A DNA stretch of 64,000 bases from an uncultured Eubacteriales bacterium (lineage in GTDB: Bacteria > Bacillota > Clostridia > Oscillospirales > UMGS1783): NCBI GenBank assembly GCA_934456365.1, contig CAKSHC010000002.1:211981-275980 (forward strand). The letters are read 5' to 3'. A model generated the notes under the pieces. It searched no databases. It worked only from the letters and a program-made list of their open reading frames with translations, and was not told the origin of the DNA. A program made the position numbers and the translations under genes. Shown one piece after another: positions 8,809-17,726 of the stretch. Position 1 is the stretch's first letter, and each line of letters begins with the position of its first letter.

Positions 8809-8919
8809 GTGCCTCACAAGCTTTTTTCCCGCTTATAGGGCATCGATCGGGCGCAAGGCGGAAAACGGCACAAGTTCAAGAACCGCTCTGAATTCCGTTT
8901 ATAAATGGAGGTATGGAAC

Positions 8920-11900
8920 ATGAAAGTACGAGTCCTCGGTATCCTGCTCACGCTTTGCCTGGCGGCGAGCGCCGTGGCGCCCGTGGTGAGCCATTTTGCC
9001 CCGGGCGCAGCAGCCTCGGGCGCATACGGCGCCCTGCTCGCGCCCGACACCACACCCCCTGCCGGATGGGAAGAAGATGCAAGCAACCCATACGGCACAA
9101 AGCAGGGGCAGCCCTTTGCCATCACCCCGTGGTATGAGCCGATTCTCTACGGCACCCGCAACGCGGAAAACGAAGCCGCAAAGGATCACACCAAGGTGTA
9201 CGACAAGCTGACCCTCGGAAAAAATATCATCGAGTCCCCGAGCGGTTCCTACAGCCTATCCTCGGTCGACAATGTCGCCTTCGCGGTCGGGACGGCTTAC
9301 GACCCGCTCGGCACGGGCCGAAACGACCACGCCATCTTTGTCGGCCTTTGCGATCTGGATAATACCAGGAACACGGCGAAGGTCTGCTTCTGGGTGCAGA
9401 ATCTTGTAACCGATCAGCGCTCCGATCTTCAGAAAATCGCCGACGCGCCGAAGTGGGCGTGCAAAACCGACTACGGCGAGCTGGAATATCAGGAATTCCG
9501 CCACTATTTCAATGTCACGGCGGGCGACTACGACGGCGACGGCAAGATGACCGCCGTGATCACCTATGCCGGCAGCGACGACCTCTGGGGGATCGCGGGC
9601 ACGGGGATCGCCGGTGAACCGAAGTTTTACATAAGATCCTTCGCGGGCGCGGATACCTACTTCGGCGGTTGGGAAACAACCGAATACGAAAGAGATCAGA
9701 TCACGAAATCCCTCGTTTCGCTTGACATCGACCGCGACGGCTGCGACGAGCTTGCGGTTGTCGCCGGCGCCGCCGAGCCGCTTCCTTACAGCACCGGTAT
9801 GGCGCCCGGGCTCCCCGGGGTTTCGGCGGATGCTTATGCCCTTTTTGTTTCAAAGCTGACGGTGTATAAAAACAACAGCGGAACCTTTAAGAAAATCTCG
9901 CAGAAAAAGCTGATGACCTTAAACCGCGAGGATGAGAAGGAAGACGGCAACCGATACTACGACCATATCCGCTTCCCGAACATCGCAGCGGCGGATATCA
10001 ACTGCGACGGATACGAAGAGATCGTCGTCGCGGGATACCACAACGAAGTAAAGGAAGAAAAGCTCTACGGTTTTCTCGCCAATTCGGATGCCGACGCTTC
10101 GAATATGGGCTACGCCGTATACTACAGCGAAACCGACGCGATCACAAACGTCCAGAAGATCGCGATGAGCCGCTACACCGCAGGCGGAACGGACAATAAC
10201 GGCGTGAAGCCCAAGCCCGCCATGACCGGCGTTGCCATCAACGGAAGGGGCACGCCCGAGCAGGTCTTCATCGCCGGCGGCCTTTATGAAGTGCAGGAAA
10301 ACGGCGCGCTCAATCTTCTGTGCGATACCGCGCGCGATAAAAACAAGAGCGCAAGATGGTGGTGGTATTATCAGGACGCCATCGCGGGCAACTTCGATCA
10401 TAACACAGAGGGGCGCGAGCAGGTGATCGCGCTTGCCGCCGAACGGCAGGACGGCACCAAAAATGCGCGCAAATTCGACCTCTTTACCGATGTATACTAT
10501 GGCGAGAACTTCGGCAGCGGGGCTTTATCGACCGCCGGCAAATATACGGTGACAGCCGAAAATGATGAATATTCCAAGCTGTGCCACGACGTCGACCTCG
10601 CCTGGGATATGCCGTATAACTGCATCCTGCTTGCGGGGGATGTGAACAAGGACGGTCTGTTTGCCCGCTATGAGGGCAAGGGCTACGGCTATTCCGACGC
10701 CCAGGTGCAGGCGGTGCTTCAGGCGGCTCCCTATTTTTCGGAGATCGGCGACTATGACCTCGACTTCTCCGACGGCTCCACCACCTATACCTTCTCCTCC
10801 GGCTATTCGGACACGAAATCCTCCTCGCACAATACCTCCTTCGGCGCGTCCATCGTTGTGCAGGGCGATCTGAAGGTGTGGCGATACGAGGCGACGCTCG
10901 GATATACCATGGACTTCACAAAAAGCACCGAGGACACCCTTTCAAAGGAATACAGCGCTTCCTTCAATGCCGGCGGCAACGATTCCGTGGTGCTCTACCG
11001 CGTGCCGGCAACAACCTATTACTACTCCGTCTATGACCCCCAAAAGGGCGATTTCGACCTGAGCGAGAAAAACACCATCGCCCTCATGATCCCCGGCCAG
11101 CCGGTCTATACCATGCTCGACCGCGAGTATTACGACGAGTTTGCAAAGCTGTATAACGAAACCTATAAAGAGGATATCGCGGCGGGGAAAGCAAAGGCTT
11201 TGCCGCTGCTGACCCGTCATGTCCTGCCGGAAAACGCCGAGGGTGATCCGTTTGCCTATTGGTCAAATCCCGGCTCTTCCGACGAATCGGTCACGCAATT
11301 TGAGTCGCTGAGCAAGCAGAAATACGAGCTCGGCTTCGGCGCGAGCAGCATCACAAACGACTGGACGATAACCTCCGAGCACGCCGAAGGCATTGAAATG
11401 GCGCACGGGTTCTCCGCCTCGATGAAAAGCACCTGGGGCACGGATGCCTTCAATATGGGATTTGCGATCGATTTCAGCTACAGCCATGCCAAAGGAACGG
11501 TCTATACCACAACCGAGAGCAGCGGCGCCAGCGGCACGGTCAATAATATCGACCGCCGCTCGCTTCTGTCCTCCTACGGAATCGGGTATGACGTTTCCGG
11601 CCAGTACGGCTTTACCTGGGATTTCGGTATGCGCACCTGGACGGCGGGCGATCAGAAGATCCCCGTGTTCGGCTATGTGCTGACCAATCTTCGCGCCGCC
11701 CCGCCCGTGCCGGAGCTGACCGGCGTGTCCGTAACGGATCGTCAAAGCGCCAAAATCACCTGGGAAGCGCCCGCGGCAGACAGCCGCCGCCCCTTTGCCG
11801 GGTATCATATCTGGATGCGCCTGGACGACGGCGAGTTTGAGCGCGTGACCGAAACGCCGCTTTCTCCGGAAATTCTTTCCTACACCTACCCCTCGCTTCA

Positions 11901-12729
11901 GGAGAACACCACCTATACCTTTGCGGTCACTTCCGTGAGCGGCAGCGGCATGGTGTCGGCGTTTTCCAACAGCAAAACCTTCTCAACCTTCTCGGGCGCC
12001 GACGGCCGGGAAATCGAATTCCGAAACAACGGCAGCACCATCCAGTGGCGCTATGCGGGTGAGGGAGACGACGCTTACCGCGATCTCGTTTCGCTCGCCG
12101 ATCTGACAGGCTCCGACGGCGCAGACGGAAAACAGATCGAGCTGCGGGTCTATAACGGGTTTGTGCAGTGGAAGTACAGCGGGGATTCCGCCTGGCGCGA
12201 TCTGATCGCCCTGTCGGATCTGAAGGGCGAAAAGGGCGACCCCGGACAGGACGGGAAAGACGGCATAACGCCGCGGCTGAAAATAGACGACGACAACTTC
12301 TGGTATGTTTCGTATGACGGCGGCCAAAGCTGGATTTCCCTTGGCGTAAAAGCCACCGGAGAAACCGGCGCGCCGGGGCAGGAGGGGAAAGACGGCAAGG
12401 ATGGGCGCGGAATCGCCAAAGCGGAGATCAACGCAAACGGCGAGCTTACCCTCACCTATACGGACGGCACAACGGTCAACCTCGGTAAGGTCGTCGGCGC
12501 GGACGGGAAAGACGGTCAGATCCCCTTTATCGGGGAAAACGGAAACTGGTGGATCGGGGAAAGGGATACCGGTGTGAAAGCCGCGATGGCTGCATCCGCA
12601 GGTTCCGGGGCCTTATCCGCCGCATCTCCCGCTCTGTGGATCATCGGTATCATCGCCGGACTGGCGCTGCTCGGCAATTTCGGCCTGATCCTGTATATCA
12701 TATTGAAAAAGAAAAAGGATATTGTCTAA
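8920..12729 (+). CDS. Giant surface protein P3: FG-GAP/VCBS repeats, unknown beta-rich domain, FN3, collagen-like modules, C-terminal TM anchor
   Basis: Signal peptide MKVRVLGILLTLCLAASA. DxDxDG motifs (DYDGDGKM, DIDRDGCDE, DINCDGYEE, DVNKDG). FN3-like segment at 11.70-11.99 kb. GXY tracts. IPFIGENGNWWIGERDTGVKA followed by TM and KKKK. Start moved to ATG 8920 (GGAGGT RBS). Confidence 0.85.
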   Translation: MKVRVLGILLTLCLAASAVAPVVSHFAPGAAASGAYGALLAPDTTPPAGWEEDASNPYGTKQGQPFAITPWYEPILYGTRNAENEAAKDHTKVYDKLTLGKNIIESPSGSYSLSSVDNVAFAVGTAYDPLGTGRNDHAIFVGLCDLDNTRNTAKVCFWVQNLVTDQRSDLQKIADAPKWACKTDYGELEYQEFRHYFNVTAGDYDGDGKMTAVITYAGSDDLWGIAGTGIAGEPKFYIRSFAGADTYFGGWETTEYERDQITKSLVSLDIDRDGCDELAVVAGAAEPLPYSTGMAPGLPGVSADAYALFVSKLTVYKNNSGTFKKISQKKLMTLNREDEKEDGNRYYDHIRFPNIAAADINCDGYEEIVVAGYHNEVKEEKLYGFLANSDADASNMGYAVYYSETDAITNVQKIAMSRYTAGGTDNNGVKPKPAMTGVAINGRGTPEQVFIAGGLYEVQENGALNLLCDTARDKNKSARWWWYYQDAIAGNFDHNTEGREQVIALAAERQDGTKNARKFDLFTDVYYGENFGSGALSTAGKYTVTAENDEYSKLCHDVDLAWDMPYNCILLAGDVNKDGLFARYEGKGYGYSDAQVQAVLQAAPYFSEIGDYDLDFSDGSTTYTFSSGYSDTKSSSHNTSFGASIVVQGDLKVWRYEATLGYTMDFTKSTEDTLSKEYSASFNAGGNDSVVLYRVPATTYYYSVYDPQKGDFDLSEKNTIALMIPGQPVYTMLDREYYDEFAKLYNETYKEDIAAGKAKALPLLTRHVLPENAEGDPFAYWSNPGSSDESVTQFESLSKQKYELGFGASSITNDWTITSEHAEGIEMAHGFSASMKSTWGTDAFNMGFAIDFSYSHAKGTVYTTTESSGASGTVNNIDRRSLLSSYGIGYDVSGQYGFTWDFGMRTWTAGDQKIPVFGYVLTNLRAAPPVPELTGVSVTDRQSAKITWEAPAADSRRPFAGYHIWMRLDDGEFERVTETPLSPEILSYTYPSLQENTTYTFAVTSVSGSGMVSAFSNSKTFSTFSGADGREIEFRNNGSTIQWRYAGEGDDAYRDLVSLADLTGSDGADGKQIELRVYNGFVQWKYSGDSAWRDLIALSDLKGEKGDPGQDGKDGITPRLKIDDDNFWYVSYDGGQSWISLGVKATGETGAPGQEGKDGKDGRGIAKAEINANGELTLTYTDGTTVNLGKVVGADGKDGQIPFIGENGNWWIGERDTGVKAAMAASAGSGALSAASPALWIIGIIAGLALLGNFGLILYIILKKKKDIV

Positions 12730-12750
12730 ATGCGAAAGGGAGAAAACGAG

Positions 12751-15700
12751 ATGAAGAAACGAACCATCAGTATCCTGCTCACCCTGTGTCTGGCGCTCGG
12801 CCTTGCGCCGATGGTCGTGTTTGCCGCCGGCAGCACGAAAGCCATCCAGCCCGGTGCGAGCGCTCAAAGCACATTGAAGGTCAGCCAAAGCAAGCTGTCC
12901 TTCGCGGGCCACGAATGGTGGGTGTTCAGCAAAAAGGACGGCGGGATCCTCACCCTGCTTGCGGCAAACCACGATTTCGGAGAGGTCGCGTTCCGCACGG
13001 GGGAGGCTGGCCCGTTTGAAAACGCAAGCCGCTACAGCGAGGACAACGGGTATTACGCCAACAACCCGTCGGGCATGGCGCATTGGCAAAAGCCCAACGA
13101 GTATGCGGGGAGCACCCTGCAGCAGAAAATGGTTTCCCTTGCAGGCGAAATCCCCGAAAAGGAGCAGGCGCTCATCCGCGAAAGGGATATCACCACCGGA
13201 ATCACCGGGCAGGCGGTCAGCGCACAGAAGCTCTGGGCCCTGTCGCACGACGACAGCATGTTCTTATCGAATAACGAGGGTCTATTCGCCGCGCAGTGGT
13301 GGACGCGTTCTTCCAATGAGGTCTATGGATACGGATCGTGGACGCTTCATCCCGACGGCAGAAGCGGCAGCGCCCTCAACGTGGACTACACGGCGGCCGT
13401 GCGGCCCGCTTTGGATCTGGATCTCTCCTCCGTTCTCTTCCTTTCCGCCGCCGACGGGAAATCCGGGAATCTGGCAGATCCCGTTCCCGAATACACCGGA
13501 GATGAATGGAAGCTGACGATCGAAGACAGCGAGCGCAGCGGCTTCATGGCAAAAACCGCCGCGGTCAGCGGCAGCGTTGTGACGGTCGGCTATACACAAG
13601 CCAAGGTCGGGAAAAACGAATATCTGTCCGCCATCATCTGCGATGCGGACGGAAGCATTTCCAACTACGGCCGCCTTTTGCAGCTGGACGGCATGCTCAA
13701 CCTGGCAATGGGCTGCGTAACGATCGATCTGTCCGGCATCGATATGACCGGAAAAACTCTGTATGTGTTCAACGAGCAGGATAACGGCAAGGGTATGACC
13801 GACTACGCCAGCTCGCTTCGGGAAGTGAAGCTGACGACCGAGATCGACGAGCAGTTCACCCTTACCCCCGGCGGCAGATACTATTTCGACCTCTCGGCAA
13901 TGGATCTTCCCGGCACGCTCAACGGCAACCTCCCGGACGGCACGCTGCACTACGTTCCTTTCACCTATGCGGGAACGGTCAATGCCTACGTGCTCAACAA
14001 AAATGCCGCCGGAGATAAAAAGGGTTCCGAAGCTGCGGGAGGCACGACCGACAGCAGCGCGCCTTTCGGCTACACCTACGACCATAGCCTCTTTATCGCG
14101 GATTATACCCTGACCCATACCGTGAGATGGGAAATCCTGCATGAAAACGACCTGATTTTCGGAAAAAGCTATACCGGCGGAAAGATCGACTACACGCTGC
14201 GCGCCCCCTCCGTCGGAAGCACCTACACCGGTTCCGGCGCCAGCGAGCGCGGCGTTCCGGCGAACAACGAATGGGATGCGATCCTGGATAAATTCCAGCA
14301 GGACTATATGGATAATGCAGGGTGCATCAAAAACTGGAAAGGCATGTATACCACAGGCCAGGATACCGTTTCCGGATATACCACCTACCGCATGATCCGC
14401 GGTGAAACCTCGGCCCGGTTCCTTTTCTACAACAATGGAGCGCCCTCCTCTCCCAAGCTCGGTTTCCGCCCGGTCCTTGAGCTGCCGGCCGATCTTCCTG
14501 CCGACAGCCTGAAGGCGGTGGAGCTGCAGCTGATGGCCGCCCTGCCCGGCGAGGATGGCACGGAGATCCGCATGGTCGTGAAAAAGGGCGAAAGCTTCTC
14601 CGCCCCCTCGGTCGAGGGGCTGCCCCGGCCGGACGGCGTTTCGGCGGATGCGCCTCTGTGGTGGGTCGACGAAAGCGGAAACTTCTATGAGCCCGGCGAT
14701 TCCGTGCCGGCAAGCGTTGCAAAGCTTTCCCTTACCGACGGCTATGACGTCATCTATCTTCCCGGCGCAGCCGGCACGGGGGAGGCCGTGACCGATACCA
14801 AGCCCTATGACGGTTTCCTCACCCTGCGCGGCACCCTCTTCACCCGCGAAGGGTACAGCCAGACCGGCTGGACGACGATCGACGGCGGCGAAAAGGACTA
14901 CAATTTCGAAGATATCTATCAGGCAAACGCGGCGCTGACCCTCTATCCCGTGTGGACCCCGAATCAATACACCGTCACCTTCGAAGCCAACGGCGGCACG
15001 GTGGATCAGAAAACCATGACCGCCACCTACGGAGAGGCATTGGGGCAGATGCCCATCCCGGAATATCCCGGTTATGTTTTCGACGGCTGGTCTGACAGTG
15101 TGTGGGGCGGCAGGCTATATAGCGACAAAGACGGCCGCGGCACCGTTGCATACGACAAAGCCGGGGACTGCACCCTGTATGCAATGTGGGTAGAGCCCCC
15201 TAGACGAACGGCCACATTTGATCCGAACGGCGGTACGCTGACCGACGAGGCAACCTTTGAACAGAAGCAGGGCGGGCAGATCCGGGAGCCCAGAGATCCC
15301 GTAAGAAAGGGCTATATTTTCTTCCGCTGGTTTCAGGATGCCGCCTGCACAAAGGCGTGGTACTTCGGCGATCCGATCATGGAGGATATAACGCTGTACG
15401 CCGGATGGGTGAGCAAAGAGTACACGGTCTCCTTTGATACCGTCGGCGGCTCCGCTGTCGCCGATAAAACAAACGCGAAGTGGGACGAACCGGTGCTTGA
15501 CGGCGTGGAAGCCCCTGTTCGAAACACCTATGAATTCATCGGATGGACCTGCCAGGGCAAGCCCGTAACGGCCGAAACGGTTTACGCCGATCTCGTGGAC
15601 GACGACAGCATAGAAGGCATTACCCTGACGGCTCAGTGGCGGGATATCGAGAAGCCGACCGGCGAAATCTCCGTCGGCACAAACCGCTGGAACGAGTTTC

Positions 15701-16641
15701 TCAACGACATCACCTTCGGCCTCTTCTTCAAGGAAACCCAGACCGTTACCATCCAGGCAGCCGACAACAGCGGCGAGCCGATCAGGATCAAATACCTGCT
15801 CGCCGACAGAAAAATGACCGAAACCGAGCTTGCGGATGCGAGCTTCACCGAGTATCAAGGCTCCTTTACCATCGATCCCGACCGCGAGTATGTGGTATAT
15901 GCGCTGCTGGTCGACGCGGCGGGAAACAGCCGGTATATCTGCTCGGCGGGTATGGTGCTGGACGGCACCGCCCCCGTGATCCTCGGCGTTGAAAACGGTG
16001 GAGTCTATTGCGAAGCGCAGACCGTTACCATCGACGAGCGGTATGGGTATACCGTCACCGTAAACGGCGCGCCCGTCACACTCGACGAAAACAACAGCTT
16101 TGTCCTCTCTCCGGCAGCCGACAAGCAGGAAATCGTGGTTATCGACGAAGCGGGCAACTCCGCCCAAAAGACCGTAACGGTCAACGACGGGCACACCTTC
16201 GGCGAATGGGAGCCGGGCGACGGCACGCATACCCGCCGCTGCACGGTGGAGGGCTGCGGCGCGTCGGAAACCGATGCCTGCTCGGTCGGAAAAGCCACCT
16301 GCGTCGAAGAAGCGGCGTGCGAAGTCTGCGGAAAGGTTTACGGCGAGCTCGACGCAAACAACCACTCCAGCCTCAGGCACATCGAGGCCAAGGCGGCGAC
16401 CAAGGACACCGAGGGCAATATCGAGTATTGGATCTGCGAAGGCTGCGGTAAGATTTATCGCGATGCCGCCGCAAAGAAAGAGATCCAAAAGTCCGACACC
16501 GTAACGCCCAAACTGCCGGACGGCTCGGGATCTCCCCAGACCGGCGACCATAGCCCCGCGCTGTGGATCGCGCTGCTCTTCCTCAGCAGCGGCGCTGCGA
16601 TCGCGGCGGCTGTCCGCAAAAAGAAAAAGCACAATAAATAA
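12751..16641 (+). CDS. Sortase-anchored surface protein P4: DUF6273-like N-terminus, Listeria-Bacteroides repeats, Ig-like and Cys-rich modules
   Basis: Signal peptide MKKRTISILLTLCLALGLAPMVVFA. Segment homologous to P2 (WKLTIEDSERSGF...YVFNEQDNGKGMTDYASSL). Four G(Y/T)xFxGW repeats. C-terminal SPQTG signal. Start moved to ATG 12751. Confidence 0.85.
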   Translation: MKKRTISILLTLCLALGLAPMVVFAAGSTKAIQPGASAQSTLKVSQSKLSFAGHEWWVFSKKDGGILTLLAANHDFGEVAFRTGEAGPFENASRYSEDNGYYANNPSGMAHWQKPNEYAGSTLQQKMVSLAGEIPEKEQALIRERDITTGITGQAVSAQKLWALSHDDSMFLSNNEGLFAAQWWTRSSNEVYGYGSWTLHPDGRSGSALNVDYTAAVRPALDLDLSSVLFLSAADGKSGNLADPVPEYTGDEWKLTIEDSERSGFMAKTAAVSGSVVTVGYTQAKVGKNEYLSAIICDADGSISNYGRLLQLDGMLNLAMGCVTIDLSGIDMTGKTLYVFNEQDNGKGMTDYASSLREVKLTTEIDEQFTLTPGGRYYFDLSAMDLPGTLNGNLPDGTLHYVPFTYAGTVNAYVLNKNAAGDKKGSEAAGGTTDSSAPFGYTYDHSLFIADYTLTHTVRWEILHENDLIFGKSYTGGKIDYTLRAPSVGSTYTGSGASERGVPANNEWDAILDKFQQDYMDNAGCIKNWKGMYTTGQDTVSGYTTYRMIRGETSARFLFYNNGAPSSPKLGFRPVLELPADLPADSLKAVELQLMAALPGEDGTEIRMVVKKGESFSAPSVEGLPRPDGVSADAPLWWVDESGNFYEPGDSVPASVAKLSLTDGYDVIYLPGAAGTGEAVTDTKPYDGFLTLRGTLFTREGYSQTGWTTIDGGEKDYNFEDIYQANAALTLYPVWTPNQYTVTFEANGGTVDQKTMTATYGEALGQMPIPEYPGYVFDGWSDSVWGGRLYSDKDGRGTVAYDKAGDCTLYAMWVEPPRRTATFDPNGGTLTDEATFEQKQGGQIREPRDPVRKGYIFFRWFQDAACTKAWYFGDPIMEDITLYAGWVSKEYTVSFDTVGGSAVADKTNAKWDEPVLDGVEAPVRNTYEFIGWTCQGKPVTAETVYADLVDDDSIEGITLTAQWRDIEKPTGEISVGTNRWNEFLNDITFGLFFKETQTVTIQAADNSGEPIRIKYLLADRKMTETELADASFTEYQGSFTIDPDREYVVYALLVDAAGNSRYICSAGMVLDGTAPVILGVENGGVYCEAQTVTIDERYGYTVTVNGAPVTLDENNSFVLSPAADKQEIVVIDEAGNSAQKTVTVNDGHTFGEWEPGDGTHTRRCTVEGCGASETDACSVGKATCVEEAACEVCGKVYGELDANNHSSLRHIEAKAATKDTEGNIEYWICEGCGKIYRDAAAKKEIQKSDTVTPKLPDGSGSPQTGDHSPALWIALLFLSSGAAIAAAVRKKKKHNK
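16531..16641 (+). other. Cell-wall sorting signal (SPQTG + hydrophobic helix + RKKKKHNK)
   Basis: TCT CCC CAG ACC GGC at 16531-16545, then ALWIALLFLSSGAAIAAAV and a basic tail. Matches the (S/P)PxTG sortase motif class known from clostridia. Confidence 0.7.
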
Positions 16642-16661
16642 CAAAGCGATTTGACCCGCAC

Positions 16662-16694
16662 GGCGGCTATCGGAAACGGTAGCCGCCTTTTTTA
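16662..16694 (+). terminator. Terminator of the surface-protein operon
   Basis: GGCGGCTA...TAGCCGCC stem followed by T6. Confidence 0.8.
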
Positions 16695-16701
16695 AAAATA
16701 T

Positions 16702-16743
16702 AAAAAGGCATCGACAACGTTAAATTCGTTGTCGATGCCTTTC
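16702..16743 (-). terminator. Terminator of the mrp/apbC-like gene
   Basis: 13-bp stem GGCATCGACAACG/CGTTGTCGATGCC, with a T run on the minus strand. Confidence 0.8.
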
Positions 16744-16753
16744 CTGTAACGAA

Positions 16754-17569
16754 TCAAAGGGAGAGCGCGAGGGGATCGAGGGCGGGAAGATCGATCTCTT
16801 CGATCTTTCCGGCGTCGGCGGCCTGCGCCAGCGCGGGATCGATGGGGAGGCGCGCGCTGTGGGAAATGCCGTGGGCGGCGGTGATCTCATCGAGGCGGCT
16901 TTCGCCGAAGATGGCGTGCTGCTTGCCGCAGTCGGGGCAGGTGTAGGTGCTGAAGTTTTCCACAATGCCCAGAATGGGGATATTCATCAGCTCGGCCATG
17001 CCGATCGCCTTTTCCACGATCATGCCCACCAGCGCCTGCGGCGAGGTGACCAGCACGATCCCGTCGACCGGCAAAGACTGGAACACCGTGAGCGGCACGT
17101 CGCCGGTGCCCGGCGGCATGTCCACCAGCAGAACATCCAGATCGCCCCAGACCACATCGGTCCAGAACTGCTTGACCGCCGAGGCGATCACCGGCCCGCG
17201 CCAGACCACGGGGTCGGTTTCGTTGGCCATCAGCAGGTTGAGGGACATAACCTTGATCCCGCCGCGGCTCTGCGCCGGGAGGATGCCCGATTCGTCGCCG
17301 GTGGCCCGGTCGTGGATGCCGAAGGCCTTGGGAATGGAGGGGCCGGTGATGTCGGCGTCGAGGATGCCGACCTTTTTCCCGGCGCGCATCAGGCGCACGG
17401 CCAAAAGGGAGGTCACCATCGACTTGCCCACGCCGCCTTTGCCGCTGACCACACCGATCACCCTGCCGATGTGGGATCCGGCGTGCGGCGCTTCGCGAAG
17501 ATCCTGCGCGCCCTGGCGCGAGCCGCACTCGGCCGAGCAGGAAGAACAATCATGCGTGCATTCAGACAC
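16754..17569 (-). CDS. Mrp/NBP35 (ApbC) family Fe-S cluster carrier ATPase
   Basis: Deviant Walker A GKGGVGKS, N-terminal CSSCSAEC, conserved CPDCG motif. Confidence 0.9.
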   Translation of the reverse strand: MSECTHDCSSCSAECGSRQGAQDLREAPHAGSHIGRVIGVVSGKGGVGKSMVTSLLAVRLMRAGKKVGILDADITGPSIPKAFGIHDRATGDESGILPAQSRGGIKVMSLNLLMANETDPVVWRGPVIASAVKQFWTDVVWGDLDVLLVDMPPGTGDVPLTVFQSLPVDGIVLVTSPQALVGMIVEKAIGMAELMNIPILGIVENFSTYTCPDCGKQHAIFGESRLDEITAAHGISHSARLPIDPALAQAADAGKIEEIDLPALDPLALSL

Positions 17570-17655
17570 AGATAAGACTCCTTTCGTCTTTGCATTCTGC
17601 TCGTATCATACCACGCTTTCCCGGCCGGGTCAACCGCCGCCCGGCGAAAAAAAAC

Positions 17656-17684
17656 TTGAACAGAATATGAAGGTGTGGTATAAT
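17656..17684 (+). promoter_or_regulatory. Sigma-A promoter for the flippase-like/GT4/TtcA-like genes
   Basis: TTGAAC (17656-17661), 17 nt, TGgTATAAT (17676-17684). Confidence 0.6.
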
Positions 17685-17726
17685 CATACAATCAATAAGA
17701 AGAAACAACTCCCGATAGGAGAGAGT

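Noticed and set aside
5892-8817. Long minus-strand ORFs 5892..7133 (413 aa) and 6970..8817 (615 aa), antisense to the collagen-like genes
   Set aside because: These are shadow frames of GC-rich coding DNA. Their composition is low-complexity and rich in Ala, Gly and Arg. They have no RBS or domain signatures, while the plus-strand frames have signal peptides, GXY repeats and recognisable domains.
13282-16644. Minus-strand ORFs 13282..14967 (561 aa) and 15115..16644 (509 aa)
   Set aside because: They are antisense to P4, which has clear Listeria-Bacteroides repeats and a sorting signal. These are typical GC-driven stop-free shadow frames.
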